A stretch of 64,000 nucleotides of DNA from Armatimonadota bacterium (GTDB taxonomy: Bacteria; Armatimonadota; Zipacnadia; Zipacnadales; UBA5352), in NCBI GenBank assembly GCA_034722055.1, contig JAYENL010000130.1, positions 18,021-82,020 on the forward strand. The letters are read 5' to 3'. The translations under genes and the position numbers were made by a program. The notes below the pieces were generated by a model, which was given only the letters and a program-made list of their open reading frames with translations, did no database searches and was not told the DNA's origin. This document shows, piece after piece, positions 9,436 through 18,450 of this stretch (position 1 is its first letter; every line of letters begins with the position of its first letter).

Positions 9436-10299
9436 TCAGCCGTCATCGTCAGAGGTGTCCTCGTCGCCCGGCTCGTCATCGAGACCGGCGTCCTCAGGGA
9501 CGTCGCCCGCAGTTGGCAGCCCGCTCTCAGGCAGCTGCTCGCCCACCCATTCGAGGACGCTCTCCATCGCCACGAGCGCGCTCTCCGCGTCAAGCTCGTT
9601 GTAGTATGTCGTCGGCGACGGAATGACCTCCGTTGGGTACCGGGTCAGGATGTAGTACGCCTCAAGCTCCCTGAGTGGGCCCTTGACCTCGCCTGGGACA
9701 TCGCCGAACGCGGTCTCCGCCAGCTCGTGCAGCGCGTGGGTTCGAGGAGGTTCCTCAGCGCGCAGCTCGACACAGGCCGCCTTCAGGGCGGCCTCCACTG
9801 CCTGTCGCGCATGATAGATTGCCTGGCTGAAGACGTTGGCTTCACTCAGTAGCCGTGCTACCCGCCGGTTCGTGCCAGCTTCCGTCAGCCAGTTCTTTGT
9901 CTCTGGCCGCATTCTCTCACCTCCCGGCTCGGGCGGTGGCTGGTGCTCCACAATGGCGCCGTCACCGTCACCACGCAACGTGATGTGGATACCGGTCCTG
10001 GCCGCGGCTCGTTCGATGCCAAGGCCCCTTTTCGCCCGCTCGAACTCCTCGGGCGTGTAGGCGAGGACTTCCAGGAAGGGTAGCTCCGGGTCCCACTCGG
10101 AATGCAGAGGCGCGAGGCGCCGGTGAGGAGGCGTATCCGCGAACCGCGGCGAGATCACCATCAGGTCCACGTCGCTGCTCTTGATGTGATCCCCACGCGC
10201 TCGCGACCCGTAGAGGATGGCCTCAGTGACGCCGACGCGCCGCATGAACTCCTGCACGACCTCGATCAGCTCGTCTCGAGTAAGCGTCCGGACAGGCAC
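9436..10299 (-). CDS. MNT-HEPN in-frame fusion protein
   Basis: N-half LYGSRARGD..SDVDL (MNT); C-half from MRPETKNW with AIYHARQAVEAALKA..THAL..YILTRYP (HEPN); acidic tail. Confidence 0.8.
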   Translation of the reverse strand: MPVRTLTRDELIEVVQEFMRRVGVTEAILYGSRARGDHIKSSDVDLMVISPRFADTPPHRRLAPLHSEWDPELPFLEVLAYTPEEFERAKRGLGIERAAARTGIHITLRGDGDGAIVEHQPPPEPGGERMRPETKNWLTEAGTNRRVARLLSEANVFSQAIYHARQAVEAALKAACVELRAEEPPRTHALHELAETAFGDVPGEVKGPLRELEAYYILTRYPTEVIPSPTTYYNELDAESALVAMESVLEWVGEQLPESGLPTAGDVPEDAGLDDEPGDEDTSDDDG

Positions 10300-10342
10300 G
10301 CGAGCACCTCCCGCGCATCCTCGATGGCTCGCTGAATCACTG

Positions 10343-11776
10343 TCACTGCAGCTTCTCCCGCATGATCTCGTTGACCATCTGCGGGTTCGCCTGGCCCTGC
10401 GTGGCCTTCATGACCTGGCCGATGAGGAAGCCGATGGCCTTGTCCTTGCCGCTGCGGAACTGCTCCGCCGGCCCGGGGTTGTCGGCGATCACCTGCTCGA
10501 TGATCCCCTCCAGCTCGCCGGCGTCGGAGATCTGCTCCAGCCCCTCCTCCTCCACGATCTCCCGCGGGCCCCTGCCGGTCTCGAACATCGTCGCCAGCAC
10601 GTCCTTGGCGATCTTCCCGGAGATGACGTCCTCCTCTATCAGCGTCAGCAGCTCTGCCAGGCCCTGGGAGGAGATGGGACTCTCGGTGATGCTTACGCCG
10701 GCCTCGTTGAGCAGGCTCATGACATCGCCCATCAGCCAGTTGCTGACGGTCTTGGCCGCTCCCTGGAAGTGCTCGCAGGTATCCTCGAAGAAGTCGGCCA
10801 GCTCCCGGCTCTCGGTGAGCACCTCAGCGTCATACTCAGGCAGACCATACTGCTCGCACAGCCGCCTGCAGCGCTCGGCGGGCAACTCCGGGCAGCTCTC
10901 GATGATCTCCTGCACCCACTCCGGATCCGGCTCCAGCGGCACCAGGTCCGGCTCCGGGAAGTACATGTAGTCGTCGGAGGTCTCCTTGCGCCGCATCAGC
11001 GTCGTCACGCCCTTATCCTCATCCCAGCGCCGCGTCTGCTGGAACAGCTCCTCCTCCCGGCCCTCCCGCACCGCACGCCGCTGGCGCTCGATCTCGTACT
11101 TCACGGCCTCGTAGACCGAGCGGATGGAGTTGAGGTTCTTGATCTCCACCTTCGGCGTGGCCTCACCGGTCTGGGGATCACGCAGGTTGACGGTGGGCTC
11201 GGCGCGCATGGCGCCCTCCTCCATGTTCGCGTTCGAGACCCCGAGGCAGCGCAGGATCAGCCGAAGCTGCGTGAGGTACTCCCGGCACTGCTCGGCGGTG
11301 GTGAAATCCGGCTCCGTCACCACCTCCATCAGCGGGATGCCGCAGCGGTTGTACTCCACCAGCGACGAGCCGCTGGGCAGGTGGATGTTCTTGCCGGTGT
11401 CCTCCTCCAGATGCGCCCGGCGGATGCCGATGCGCACCTCCTCCCCGTCCACGGTCAGGTCGATGTAGCCGTCATGCGTCAGCGGCTCATCATACTGCGA
11501 GATCTGGAAATTCTTGGGCAGGTCGGGGTAGAAGTAGTTCTTGCGCGCGAAGCGGCAGCGCTCCGCCACCTGGCAGTGCAGCGCCACCCCGGTGCGGATG
11601 GTGTACTCCACCGCAGTGCGGTTCGGCACCGGCAGCGAGCCGGGCAGCCCCAGGCAGGTAGGGCACACGTTGGAGTTCGGCTCAGCCCCGAACTCCGTCG
11701 AGCACTGGCAGAACATCTTCGACTTGGTGTCGAGCTGAGCGTGCACCTCAAGGCCGATCATGGGCTCAAGCGCCAT
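10343..11776 (-). CDS. gatB: Asp-tRNA(Asn)/Glu-tRNA(Gln) amidotransferase subunit B
   Basis: IGLEVHAQL..KMFC..RKNYFYPDLPKNFQISQ..HLEEDTGK..YMYFPEPDL..GQVMKATQGQANP. Confidence 0.97.
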   Translation of the reverse strand: MALEPMIGLEVHAQLDTKSKMFCQCSTEFGAEPNSNVCPTCLGLPGSLPVPNRTAVEYTIRTGVALHCQVAERCRFARKNYFYPDLPKNFQISQYDEPLTHDGYIDLTVDGEEVRIGIRRAHLEEDTGKNIHLPSGSSLVEYNRCGIPLMEVVTEPDFTTAEQCREYLTQLRLILRCLGVSNANMEEGAMRAEPTVNLRDPQTGEATPKVEIKNLNSIRSVYEAVKYEIERQRRAVREGREEELFQQTRRWDEDKGVTTLMRRKETSDDYMYFPEPDLVPLEPDPEWVQEIIESCPELPAERCRRLCEQYGLPEYDAEVLTESRELADFFEDTCEHFQGAAKTVSNWLMGDVMSLLNEAGVSITESPISSQGLAELLTLIEEDVISGKIAKDVLATMFETGRGPREIVEEEGLEQISDAGELEGIIEQVIADNPGPAEQFRSGKDKAIGFLIGQVMKATQGQANPQMVNEIMREKLQ

Positions 11777-11932
11777 GCCTATCACCTGCGAAGGGCAGCA
11801 ATTGGGAATGCGCGGCGCTCGCGTTCCGAGCGCAACACGAGTAGCAGTCTACAACGTGCGCGACCGATCATTCGGCTGCCTGGTATGATACACCGCGGGA
11901 GGGAGGGTTGTCGAGGGAGCGGTCCGCTGCGA

Positions 11933-13519
11933 CTATTCCCCGCCCTTGGGCCCTCCGTATTCCCGCGCCACGTGTATCGGCGGGTCCGTGCCGATCTGCT
12001 CGATGCTCTCGAAGCGGAACTCGCGCTGCCAGTCCTCCGGCGTCTTGAGCACCAGCACCGCCGGACGGCCCAGCAGCTTCGGGTCCGTCAGGTCCGTGTC
12101 CTCGAAGTAGTCGTACTGCGAGCCCCGGCGGCCCACATAGCGGCCCGCGCCGTAGACCGTCGGCCTTCCCGGCAGATAGTAGGCGAGCTGGCTGGCCCTC
12201 CCGTATGAGGCCGCCGCCACGAAGGGCTGCTCCCCCGTGCGCTCCCGCAGCAGCGCCATCGCATCCTCCACCCGCCCGGCCAGGCGTCTCGCGCCCACGA
12301 TGCGATACATCGGCACATACTCGCCGAGCACCGGCAGCTTCGCGTAGACCTGCGGGAACATCAGCAGGCTCAGCGTGAAGAGCCCGAAGCCGATCGTCCA
12401 GCGCCAGGCGCTGATGAGCCGCGGTCGCGGCCCCTCGATGACCGTCAGCTCCGCCGCCAGCACCACCAGCGTGGCGTAGCCGGCGACCGGCCAGTTCGCC
12501 TCCACTCGCGAGACCAGCGACACCGCGAACATGAAGCCCAGCATCACCAGCCCGCAGCAGAGCATAAGGAGCCGGTGCGGCCATTTCCCGGGCTCATCCC
12601 ACCGCGAGCGGACGGCCCGGAGCGCGGCCATGACGATGAGCACCAGCGCAGGGGGCCCCACGACGCCGATCTGTGACAGGAGCAGATCCGCCGCCGAGAA
12701 GCCGCCGAAGGGCCACGTCCACTGGGTGGGCACATCCCCGCCCGGCGCGCCGAGGTGCCCCAGCTCGTGCCTCACCGCCGGCCAGCCGTGGCGCGCATTC
12801 CAGATGAAGAAGGGGCTCATGGCCGCCAGCATGACCGCGGCCGTCAGCACCGCGCCCGCCGTCAGCCGCCGGTCCCAGGGCAGCTCCCGGCGGCGCAGTG
12901 CGCCGTAGATGATGAATCCCGGCGGCAGCAGCAGCATGGTGTATTTGAAGAGGAAGCCCACGCCAAGCGCCAGGCCCGTCAGCGCCCACAGGCCCCACGG
13001 CCTGTCCCCGGCCTCGTGCCGGGCGAAAGCGCGCCAGCCCCCCCAGGCTGCCAGCACCCAGCAGGCCACGAAAGGCCCGTCGATGGTCATGATCTGTGCC
13101 TCGGCCTGGTAGATGGGCACCAGGCACCAGGCCGCGGCGGCCAGGAGGCCGGCCCGCTCGTCGGAGGTCACGTCGATGGTCAGCCGAGCCAGCGCCAGGG
13201 CGCCGATGCCGGAGAAGATCGCGGCCGGCAGGCGGATCGCCCACTCCTCATGGCCGAAGACGGTCGTGCTCAGCCAGACCGACCACGCTACGCCCGGCCC
13301 CTTAGAGTAGTAGGACAGCGCCGGGCGTCGCGCCCACTCCCAGTAGTGCGCCTCGTCCTGCACCAGATCCCACTCGCACAGGAAGATCAGATAAGTGACG
13401 CGCAGGGCCAGCAGGCCCAGCACCAGCACCAGCGTGGCCCGCCAGTCGGCCCACGCCAGCCAGGGCCGCTCAAGCGCGTTCTCCTCCTGTGGCGTTGTCC
13501 GCACCTTGTGCTGCCGCAT
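11933..13519 (-). CDS. ArnT/PMT-like (GT-C fold) glycosyltransferase
   Basis: DEAHYWEWARRPALSYYSKGPGVAW, multiple TM helices, GFLFKYT; start uncertain. Confidence 0.8.
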   Translation of the reverse strand: MRQHKVRTTPQEENALERPWLAWADWRATLVLVLGLLALRVTYLIFLCEWDLVQDEAHYWEWARRPALSYYSKGPGVAWSVWLSTTVFGHEEWAIRLPAAIFSGIGALALARLTIDVTSDERAGLLAAAAWCLVPIYQAEAQIMTIDGPFVACWVLAAWGGWRAFARHEAGDRPWGLWALTGLALGVGFLFKYTMLLLPPGFIIYGALRRRELPWDRRLTAGAVLTAAVMLAAMSPFFIWNARHGWPAVRHELGHLGAPGGDVPTQWTWPFGGFSAADLLLSQIGVVGPPALVLIVMAALRAVRSRWDEPGKWPHRLLMLCCGLVMLGFMFAVSLVSRVEANWPVAGYATLVVLAAELTVIEGPRPRLISAWRWTIGFGLFTLSLLMFPQVYAKLPVLGEYVPMYRIVGARRLAGRVEDAMALLRERTGEQPFVAAASYGRASQLAYYLPGRPTVYGAGRYVGRRGSQYDYFEDTDLTDPKLLGRPAVLVLKTPEDWQREFRFESIEQIGTDPPIHVAREYGGPKGGE

Positions 13520-13679
13520 CAGCCGGCGTCCACCCGTCTCAGCCGCTCCGTCGCTCCGGACAGACAGATTACGCGCAACTGAGGCCGGGCGCAAGGCCAA
13601 CACACGCGGCGCGGAGGCTCTGCGGCGGCCGACGGCGAAGTCAAACGTGAGTGCGCGACGCCACCCGAGGAGCGCGACC

Positions 13680-14663
13680 ATGCAGCAGCTCAGTTCGGGC
13701 GCCGAGGCCGCGCCCGACGTCTCCATCGTCATCCCGGTCTACAACGAGGAGGAGGCCATCCGCCCTCTGCACCAAGCGCTCGTGGACGCCCTCGATGACC
13801 TCGAGTGCGGATGGGAGGTCATCCTCGTCAACGATGGCAGCAGCGATGGCAGCGCCGAGCGCCTTGACGAGGTCGCGCAGGGCGATGCACGGTTCGTGGC
13901 CATCCACCTGCGCCGTAACTTCGGCCAGACAGCGGCCATGGCGGCCGGCTTCGATCACGCCCGCGGCCAGATCATCGTGGCCATGGACGCGGACCTGCAG
14001 AACGACCCTGCGGACATCCCCAGGCTGCTGGCGAAGATCGACGAGGCCTACGATGTTGTCAGCGGCTGGCGGAAGAGCCGCAAGGACTCTTTCCTCACGC
14101 GCATCCTCCCCTCCAGGATCGCCAACTGGCTGATCTCCGCTGTCACGGGCGTGCGCCTGCATGACTACGGCTGCTCCCTGAAGGCTTATCGCCGCGAGAT
14201 CCTTGAGGACGTGCAGCTTTATGGGGAGATGCACCGCTTCATCCCCGCCCTGGCGCACTGGGCGGGCGCACGCATCGCGGAGGTGGAGGTGGCGCATCAC
14301 CCGCGGCAGTTCGGCGCCAGCAAGTATGGCCTCGCGCGGACCATCCGGGTCTTCCTGGACCTGCTGACGGTGAAGTTCCTGCTCAGCTACGCCACCCGGC
14401 CGATCCAGGTCTTCGGCAGGTGGGGGCTGCTCTCCGGCGCCATCGGCTTCATCATGGCGGCCTGGCTGAGCTTCCGGAAGTTCTACTTCAGCGAGGACAT
14501 CGGCAACCGTCCCGCGCTGCTGCTGGCGGTGCTGCTGATGCTGGTGGGGCTGCAGTTCATCACCATGGGCCTGCTGGCGGAGCTGCAGGCCCGCACCTAC
14601 TACGAGGCCCAGGGCAAGCCCATCTACGCCATCCGCAGGATCACTCGCGACGACGGACGCTAG
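13680..14663 (+). CDS. GT2 glycosyltransferase (ArnC/DPM1-like)
   Basis: SIVIPVYNEE, NDGSSD, RNFGQTAA, MDADLQNDP, GEMHRFIP, two C-terminal TM helices; GAGGAG RBS. Confidence 0.9.
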   Translation: MQQLSSGAEAAPDVSIVIPVYNEEEAIRPLHQALVDALDDLECGWEVILVNDGSSDGSAERLDEVAQGDARFVAIHLRRNFGQTAAMAAGFDHARGQIIVAMDADLQNDPADIPRLLAKIDEAYDVVSGWRKSRKDSFLTRILPSRIANWLISAVTGVRLHDYGCSLKAYRREILEDVQLYGEMHRFIPALAHWAGARIAEVEVAHHPRQFGASKYGLARTIRVFLDLLTVKFLLSYATRPIQVFGRWGLLSGAIGFIMAAWLSFRKFYFSEDIGNRPALLLAVLLMLVGLQFITMGLLAELQARTYYEAQGKPIYAIRRITRDDGR

Positions 14664-15022
14664 TGGTGACTTGCGCAATTCCGCGTGCGTTGACGACGAG
14701 AAGCCTCGGCGCTTGGTTGCCTTGGAGATGAGCGGCTTGCTTGGTGGAGGGGCCGCCGGGCGCGCAGCGCCCGGCGAGACCCAGGGTCTCCGAAGGTTCC
14801 ATGAACGGCGTGCAGGCGAGGGCGCCTGCACTACTTGACGGTTGGGCCGGGGTGGAACCTGAGCGGTGCGTTACAGAACGCATCGCTCCCCGGAGACGCT
14901 ACGCGTCTCTCCCCGCCCCCACACCCCGCCCGCTCGCTTCGCTCGCGGCGGCCCCTCCATCGGGGGCGGAAGCGTGGCATCCTGGCGCCAGAAGATGCGC
15001 GAGCTTCCGCCACTGAGCGCTA
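14661..15022. mobile_element. MITE-like non-autonomous element, copy 2 (TA-flanked)
   Basis: Begins TAGTGGTGACTTGCGCAATTCCGCGT and ends GCGCGAGCTTCCGCCACTGAGCGCTA; shares several 18-32 nt blocks with 8962-9375; internal IR 14745-14758/14946-14959. Confidence 0.75.
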
Positions 15023-16339
15023 CTCCCACCGCAGCGCGCCCAGCTCTCGCTGAAGCTGCTCCTCCAGCCGATCAACCTCCTGCGGGAACTCGTGCGCAAC
15101 ATCGTGCTGCTCCGCCGGGTCCTGCTCCCGGTCATACAGCTCACGCTGGCCGCTGGCCCCCGGCAGCAGCAGGCTCCAGCGGCCGTCGCGGATCGCGGCG
15201 CTGCGGCTGTGTATGCCCGTGATGGCGTAGTCGCGCACCCAGTCGGTCTCCCCGCGCACCAGCGGCAGCAGGCTGGTGCCATGGATGCCGGGCTGCCGAT
15301 CCACGCCCACGGCGTCGCAGATGGTGGGGGCGATGTCCGAGAGGCGCACCAGCGCCTCCCGCCTCTGCCCGGCTCCCGCCCCGTCGGGCAGGCGCACAAG
15401 CAGCGGCACCGCCGCCAGCTCCTCGTAGAGCCACGGCCGGGCCTTCCGCACGATGCCATGGTCGTCGAGCGGCTCCCCGTGGTCGCTGGTGAATACAATC
15501 ACCGAGCTGTCGAGAAAGCCCATCTCCCGCGCGGCGTCCAGCAGCCTGCCAACCCATCGATCCACCAGCGTCACCTCGCCGGCATACAGGGCGCGGACGT
15601 TCTGCATCTCCTCCGGCGTGAGATAGCCCTCCACCTCCGAGGGCACCGGGTCGATGATCTCCAGACCCTCGTAGCCGGGGTTGTAGGGCTCCTTGAGCTC
15701 CAGCGGGGGGTCCCAGGGCTCGTGCGGGTCGAACATGTCCAGCCACAGGAAGAGGCGGTCCTGCCCCCGGTGTCGCTCCAGCCAGTCGATGCCCTTCAGG
15801 CACACCTGAGCGCAGAAGTAGTCCTCCTCGCTCTCGCGCCCGGAGATGTTGCGGAGGTAGTGGCGGAAGCGCGCCGCGAAGTCCTCGCTGCGCTCCGCAT
15901 CGCCAGTGGGCTTGAAGTGGCGCTCGAGCCCGGCGTCGATCTCAGCGGGATCCACATCCGAGGGCCGCACCCACGGGTCGTACTCCTGCCCGCGGACAAA
16001 GAGCGTCTCGTCGAAGCCCCGGCCCATGTTGTAGCCGGGCTTGTGCATGTGATAGACGTCGGTGATCAGGGCCGAGGTGTAGCCCTTGTCCCACAGCCAC
16101 TCCGCGATGGGCAGGTCCTCCTGCTCCAGCGGCTGCCAGGGCCGGAAGGGGAAGCAGATGCGTCCGGTCCACATGGAGGTGCGGCAGGGGATGGTATTGA
16201 GCGAGTCCGCGTAGGCGCCGTCGATGACGCAGCTCTCGGCCGCCAGGCGGTCCAGGTTCGGCGTCCGTATCCAATCGTTGCCGTAGCAACCCAGGTGGTC
16301 TTTGCGCAAGCTGTCCGCGACGATCACGATGACGTTCAC
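15020..16339 (-). CDS. sulfatase-like alkaline phosphatase superfamily hydrolase
   Basis: NVIVIVADSLRKDHLGCYGN..TPNLDRLA..TIPCRTSMWTGR..FDPHEPWDPP..TSDHG; GTG start with AAGGAGG RBS. Confidence 0.85.
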   Translation of the reverse strand: MNVIVIVADSLRKDHLGCYGNDWIRTPNLDRLAAESCVIDGAYADSLNTIPCRTSMWTGRICFPFRPWQPLEQEDLPIAEWLWDKGYTSALITDVYHMHKPGYNMGRGFDETLFVRGQEYDPWVRPSDVDPAEIDAGLERHFKPTGDAERSEDFAARFRHYLRNISGRESEEDYFCAQVCLKGIDWLERHRGQDRLFLWLDMFDPHEPWDPPLELKEPYNPGYEGLEIIDPVPSEVEGYLTPEEMQNVRALYAGEVTLVDRWVGRLLDAAREMGFLDSSVIVFTSDHGEPLDDHGIVRKARPWLYEELAAVPLLVRLPDGAGAGQRREALVRLSDIAPTICDAVGVDRQPGIHGTSLLPLVRGETDWVRDYAITGIHSRSAAIRDGRWSLLLPGASGQRELYDREQDPAEQHDVAHEFPQEVDRLEEQLQRELGALRWE

Positions 16340-16505
16340 TGTGTGGCCTCCTTCGATTGGCCTGAGCGGCCGCGCTGGCCTCTGTCTCGTGATGACAGCT
16401 TCATCGCATCCACCGCGTGTCCTCCCCGAGGATGGCGCTTGCAGGAGCCCCGGCGCGTGTGGTTGAATAGAAGGGCGACTGCTGGCCGCGAGGTGGCGGT
16501 GCGAG

Positions 16506-17021
16506 ATGAAGCGCATCGAGGATACGGAGCGCTGGACCTGCCCCGTCTGCGGCACAGAGCTGCCCGACGACGAGCACCTGAGACGTTGCCCCCGCTGCGG
16601 GGCGAAGGCGCTCTGGCGGCGCCGGGAGCCGGCTGTGGCGTATGGCGTGGTGCTTTTCAACGCCCGGCTGTGCGGCATCATGGCGGGCATCCAGGCGGGG
16701 ATGATTGCAGTGCTGGTGGCCGGCTACCGCCTGCCCATCCCCTGGGGGGTTGCGCTGGCGGTGGCGGCGCTTCCCGTCCTGGGCTATTGGCTGGCGGGAT
16801 TCGTCGCCCAGCGGGTGCCGCGGTCATGGCGCACGGGCCTGCTGGTGTGGGTGCTGGCGCTCAACGCCGGGCTGCTGGCAGCGCTTATCGTGGCGGTGCT
16901 GGGGTACATGGACCCTTTGGCACTGGCCGCCATCACCGTTGGCGTGGCAGCGGTGCTCTCACACACCATCCGCAAGGCCGTCACCCACCACGCCAGCCAG
17001 AGGGACACCACCGCGGGCTAG
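16506..17021 (+). CDS. membrane protein with N-terminal zinc ribbon
   Basis: CPVC..CPRC followed by about four hydrophobic helices. Confidence 0.65.
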   Translation: MKRIEDTERWTCPVCGTELPDDEHLRRCPRCGAKALWRRREPAVAYGVVLFNARLCGIMAGIQAGMIAVLVAGYRLPIPWGVALAVAALPVLGYWLAGFVAQRVPRSWRTGLLVWVLALNAGLLAALIVAVLGYMDPLALAAITVGVAAVLSHTIRKAVTHHASQRDTTAG

Positions 17022-17035
17022 GAGCCCGTCGTTGG

Positions 17036-17116
17036 CGTACGGAACCGCGGCGCGCTCGCAAACGGCGGGCGGGCTGGGCAGCCCGCCCCTCCATACGGCA
17101 TTCGTGCGCCGCGCCC
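17036..17116. repeat. REP-like palindromic repeat (GGGCGGGCTGGGCAGCCCGCCC family)
   Basis: Hairpin 17067-17089 plus TCCATAC and flanks recur at about 51652-51727 and 51796-51859. Confidence 0.7.
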
Positions 17117-17187
17117 TCCACGGGGTGCGCGTCGCTTGCGTCGTTCCGCCGCACGGAGTGCAACAGAGAGCCGTCGGAGGTCTGCCA

Positions 17188-18441
17188 ATGTCGATCCAGG
17201 ATCAGGTGCTCCACGCCGCGCGCAACGCCCGCCAGGCCAGCCGCTCGCTGGGCAGCATCAGCGGCGTGAAGAGAGCCGAGGCCCTGCGCGCCATGGCCGC
17301 CGCCGTTCGCGACAACACCGAGGCCATCACGCGCGAGAACCACAAGGACATGGAGGCGGGCGAGAGCAGCGGCCTCTCCTCGGCCATGCTCGACCGCCTG
17401 CTGCTCACCGACGAGCGCATCGAGGACATCGCGGTGGCGCTGGAGGAGATCGCGGAGCTGCCCGACCCGGTGGGCCGCGTCCTGAAGGAGTGGACCATCG
17501 ACAGCGGCCTGCACATCCAGCGCGTGGCGGTTCCCATCGGCGTCATCGGCATCATCTACGAGTCTCGCCCCAACGTCACGGCCGACGCCGCCGGCCTGTG
17601 CATCAAGTCCGGGAACGCCTGCGTCCTCCGTGGCGGATCGGAGGCCATCAACTCCAACCTGGCGCTGGCCGGCGTTCTCTCGGCTGCCGCCACCGAGGCG
17701 GGGCTGCCCGAGGGCTGCATCTCCATGATCCCGATCACGGATCGGGAGGCGGTGGGGATGATGTGCCGCATGCCGGAGCACATCGATCTCATCGTCCCTC
17801 GCGGTGGTGAGGGCCTCATCCGCGCTGTCACCGAGAACGCCCAGGTCCCGGTCCTCAAGCACTATCGCGGCATGACGCAGATCTATGTTGACGAGCACGC
17901 CGACCTGGACCTGGCCGTGAAGCTGGTTCACAACGCCAAGGTCCAGCGGCCTGGGGTGTGCAACGCCGTCGAGAATCTGTTCGTGCACCAGGGCGCCGGC
18001 GACCTGCTGGCGGCGATCGTGGCGGACCTGCAGGAGGCGGGCGTGGAGATCCGCGGCTGCCCCCGGACGGTGGAGATGGTGGAGGGGATCAACCCGGCCA
18101 CCGACGAGGACTTCGACACAGAGTACCTGGACCTGATCCTGTCGGTGATGATCGTGGACACGCTGGACGAGGCCCTGGAGAAGATCGCCGAGCATACCTC
18201 GGGGCTGACTGAGGCCGTCATCACAGAGGACAAGGAGGTCGCCGAGCGCTTCCTGAGCGAGGTGGACTCCGCGGCGGTCTACCACAACGCCTCGACGCGG
18301 CTGACTGACGGCGGCGTCTTCGGCCTGGGCGCCGAGATCGGGGTCTCGACTGACAAGATCCACGCCCGCGGGCCGGTGGGAGCGGCGGAGCTGACCATCT
18401 ACAAGTACGTCTGCCGCGGCGACGGACAGGTGCGCACCTGA
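17188..18441 (+). CDS. proA: gamma-glutamyl phosphate reductase
   Basis: VPIGVIGIIYESRPNVT, LRGGSEA, PRGGEGLI, GVCNAVE, NASTRLTDG..GAEIGVSTDKIHARGP. Confidence 0.96.
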   Translation: MSIQDQVLHAARNARQASRSLGSISGVKRAEALRAMAAAVRDNTEAITRENHKDMEAGESSGLSSAMLDRLLLTDERIEDIAVALEEIAELPDPVGRVLKEWTIDSGLHIQRVAVPIGVIGIIYESRPNVTADAAGLCIKSGNACVLRGGSEAINSNLALAGVLSAAATEAGLPEGCISMIPITDREAVGMMCRMPEHIDLIVPRGGEGLIRAVTENAQVPVLKHYRGMTQIYVDEHADLDLAVKLVHNAKVQRPGVCNAVENLFVHQGAGDLLAAIVADLQEAGVEIRGCPRTVEMVEGINPATDEDFDTEYLDLILSVMIVDTLDEALEKIAEHTSGLTEAVITEDKEVAERFLSEVDSAAVYHNASTRLTDGGVFGLGAEIGVSTDKIHARGPVGAAELTIYKYVCRGDGQVRT

Positions 18442-18450
18442 GGGATACCC

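Noticed and set aside
10217..12208. Long antisense ORFs (also 15092-17269, 16981-19497, 22390-24216, 60605-62890 and others)
   Set aside because: Shadow frames opposite well-supported genes, expected in high-GC DNA.
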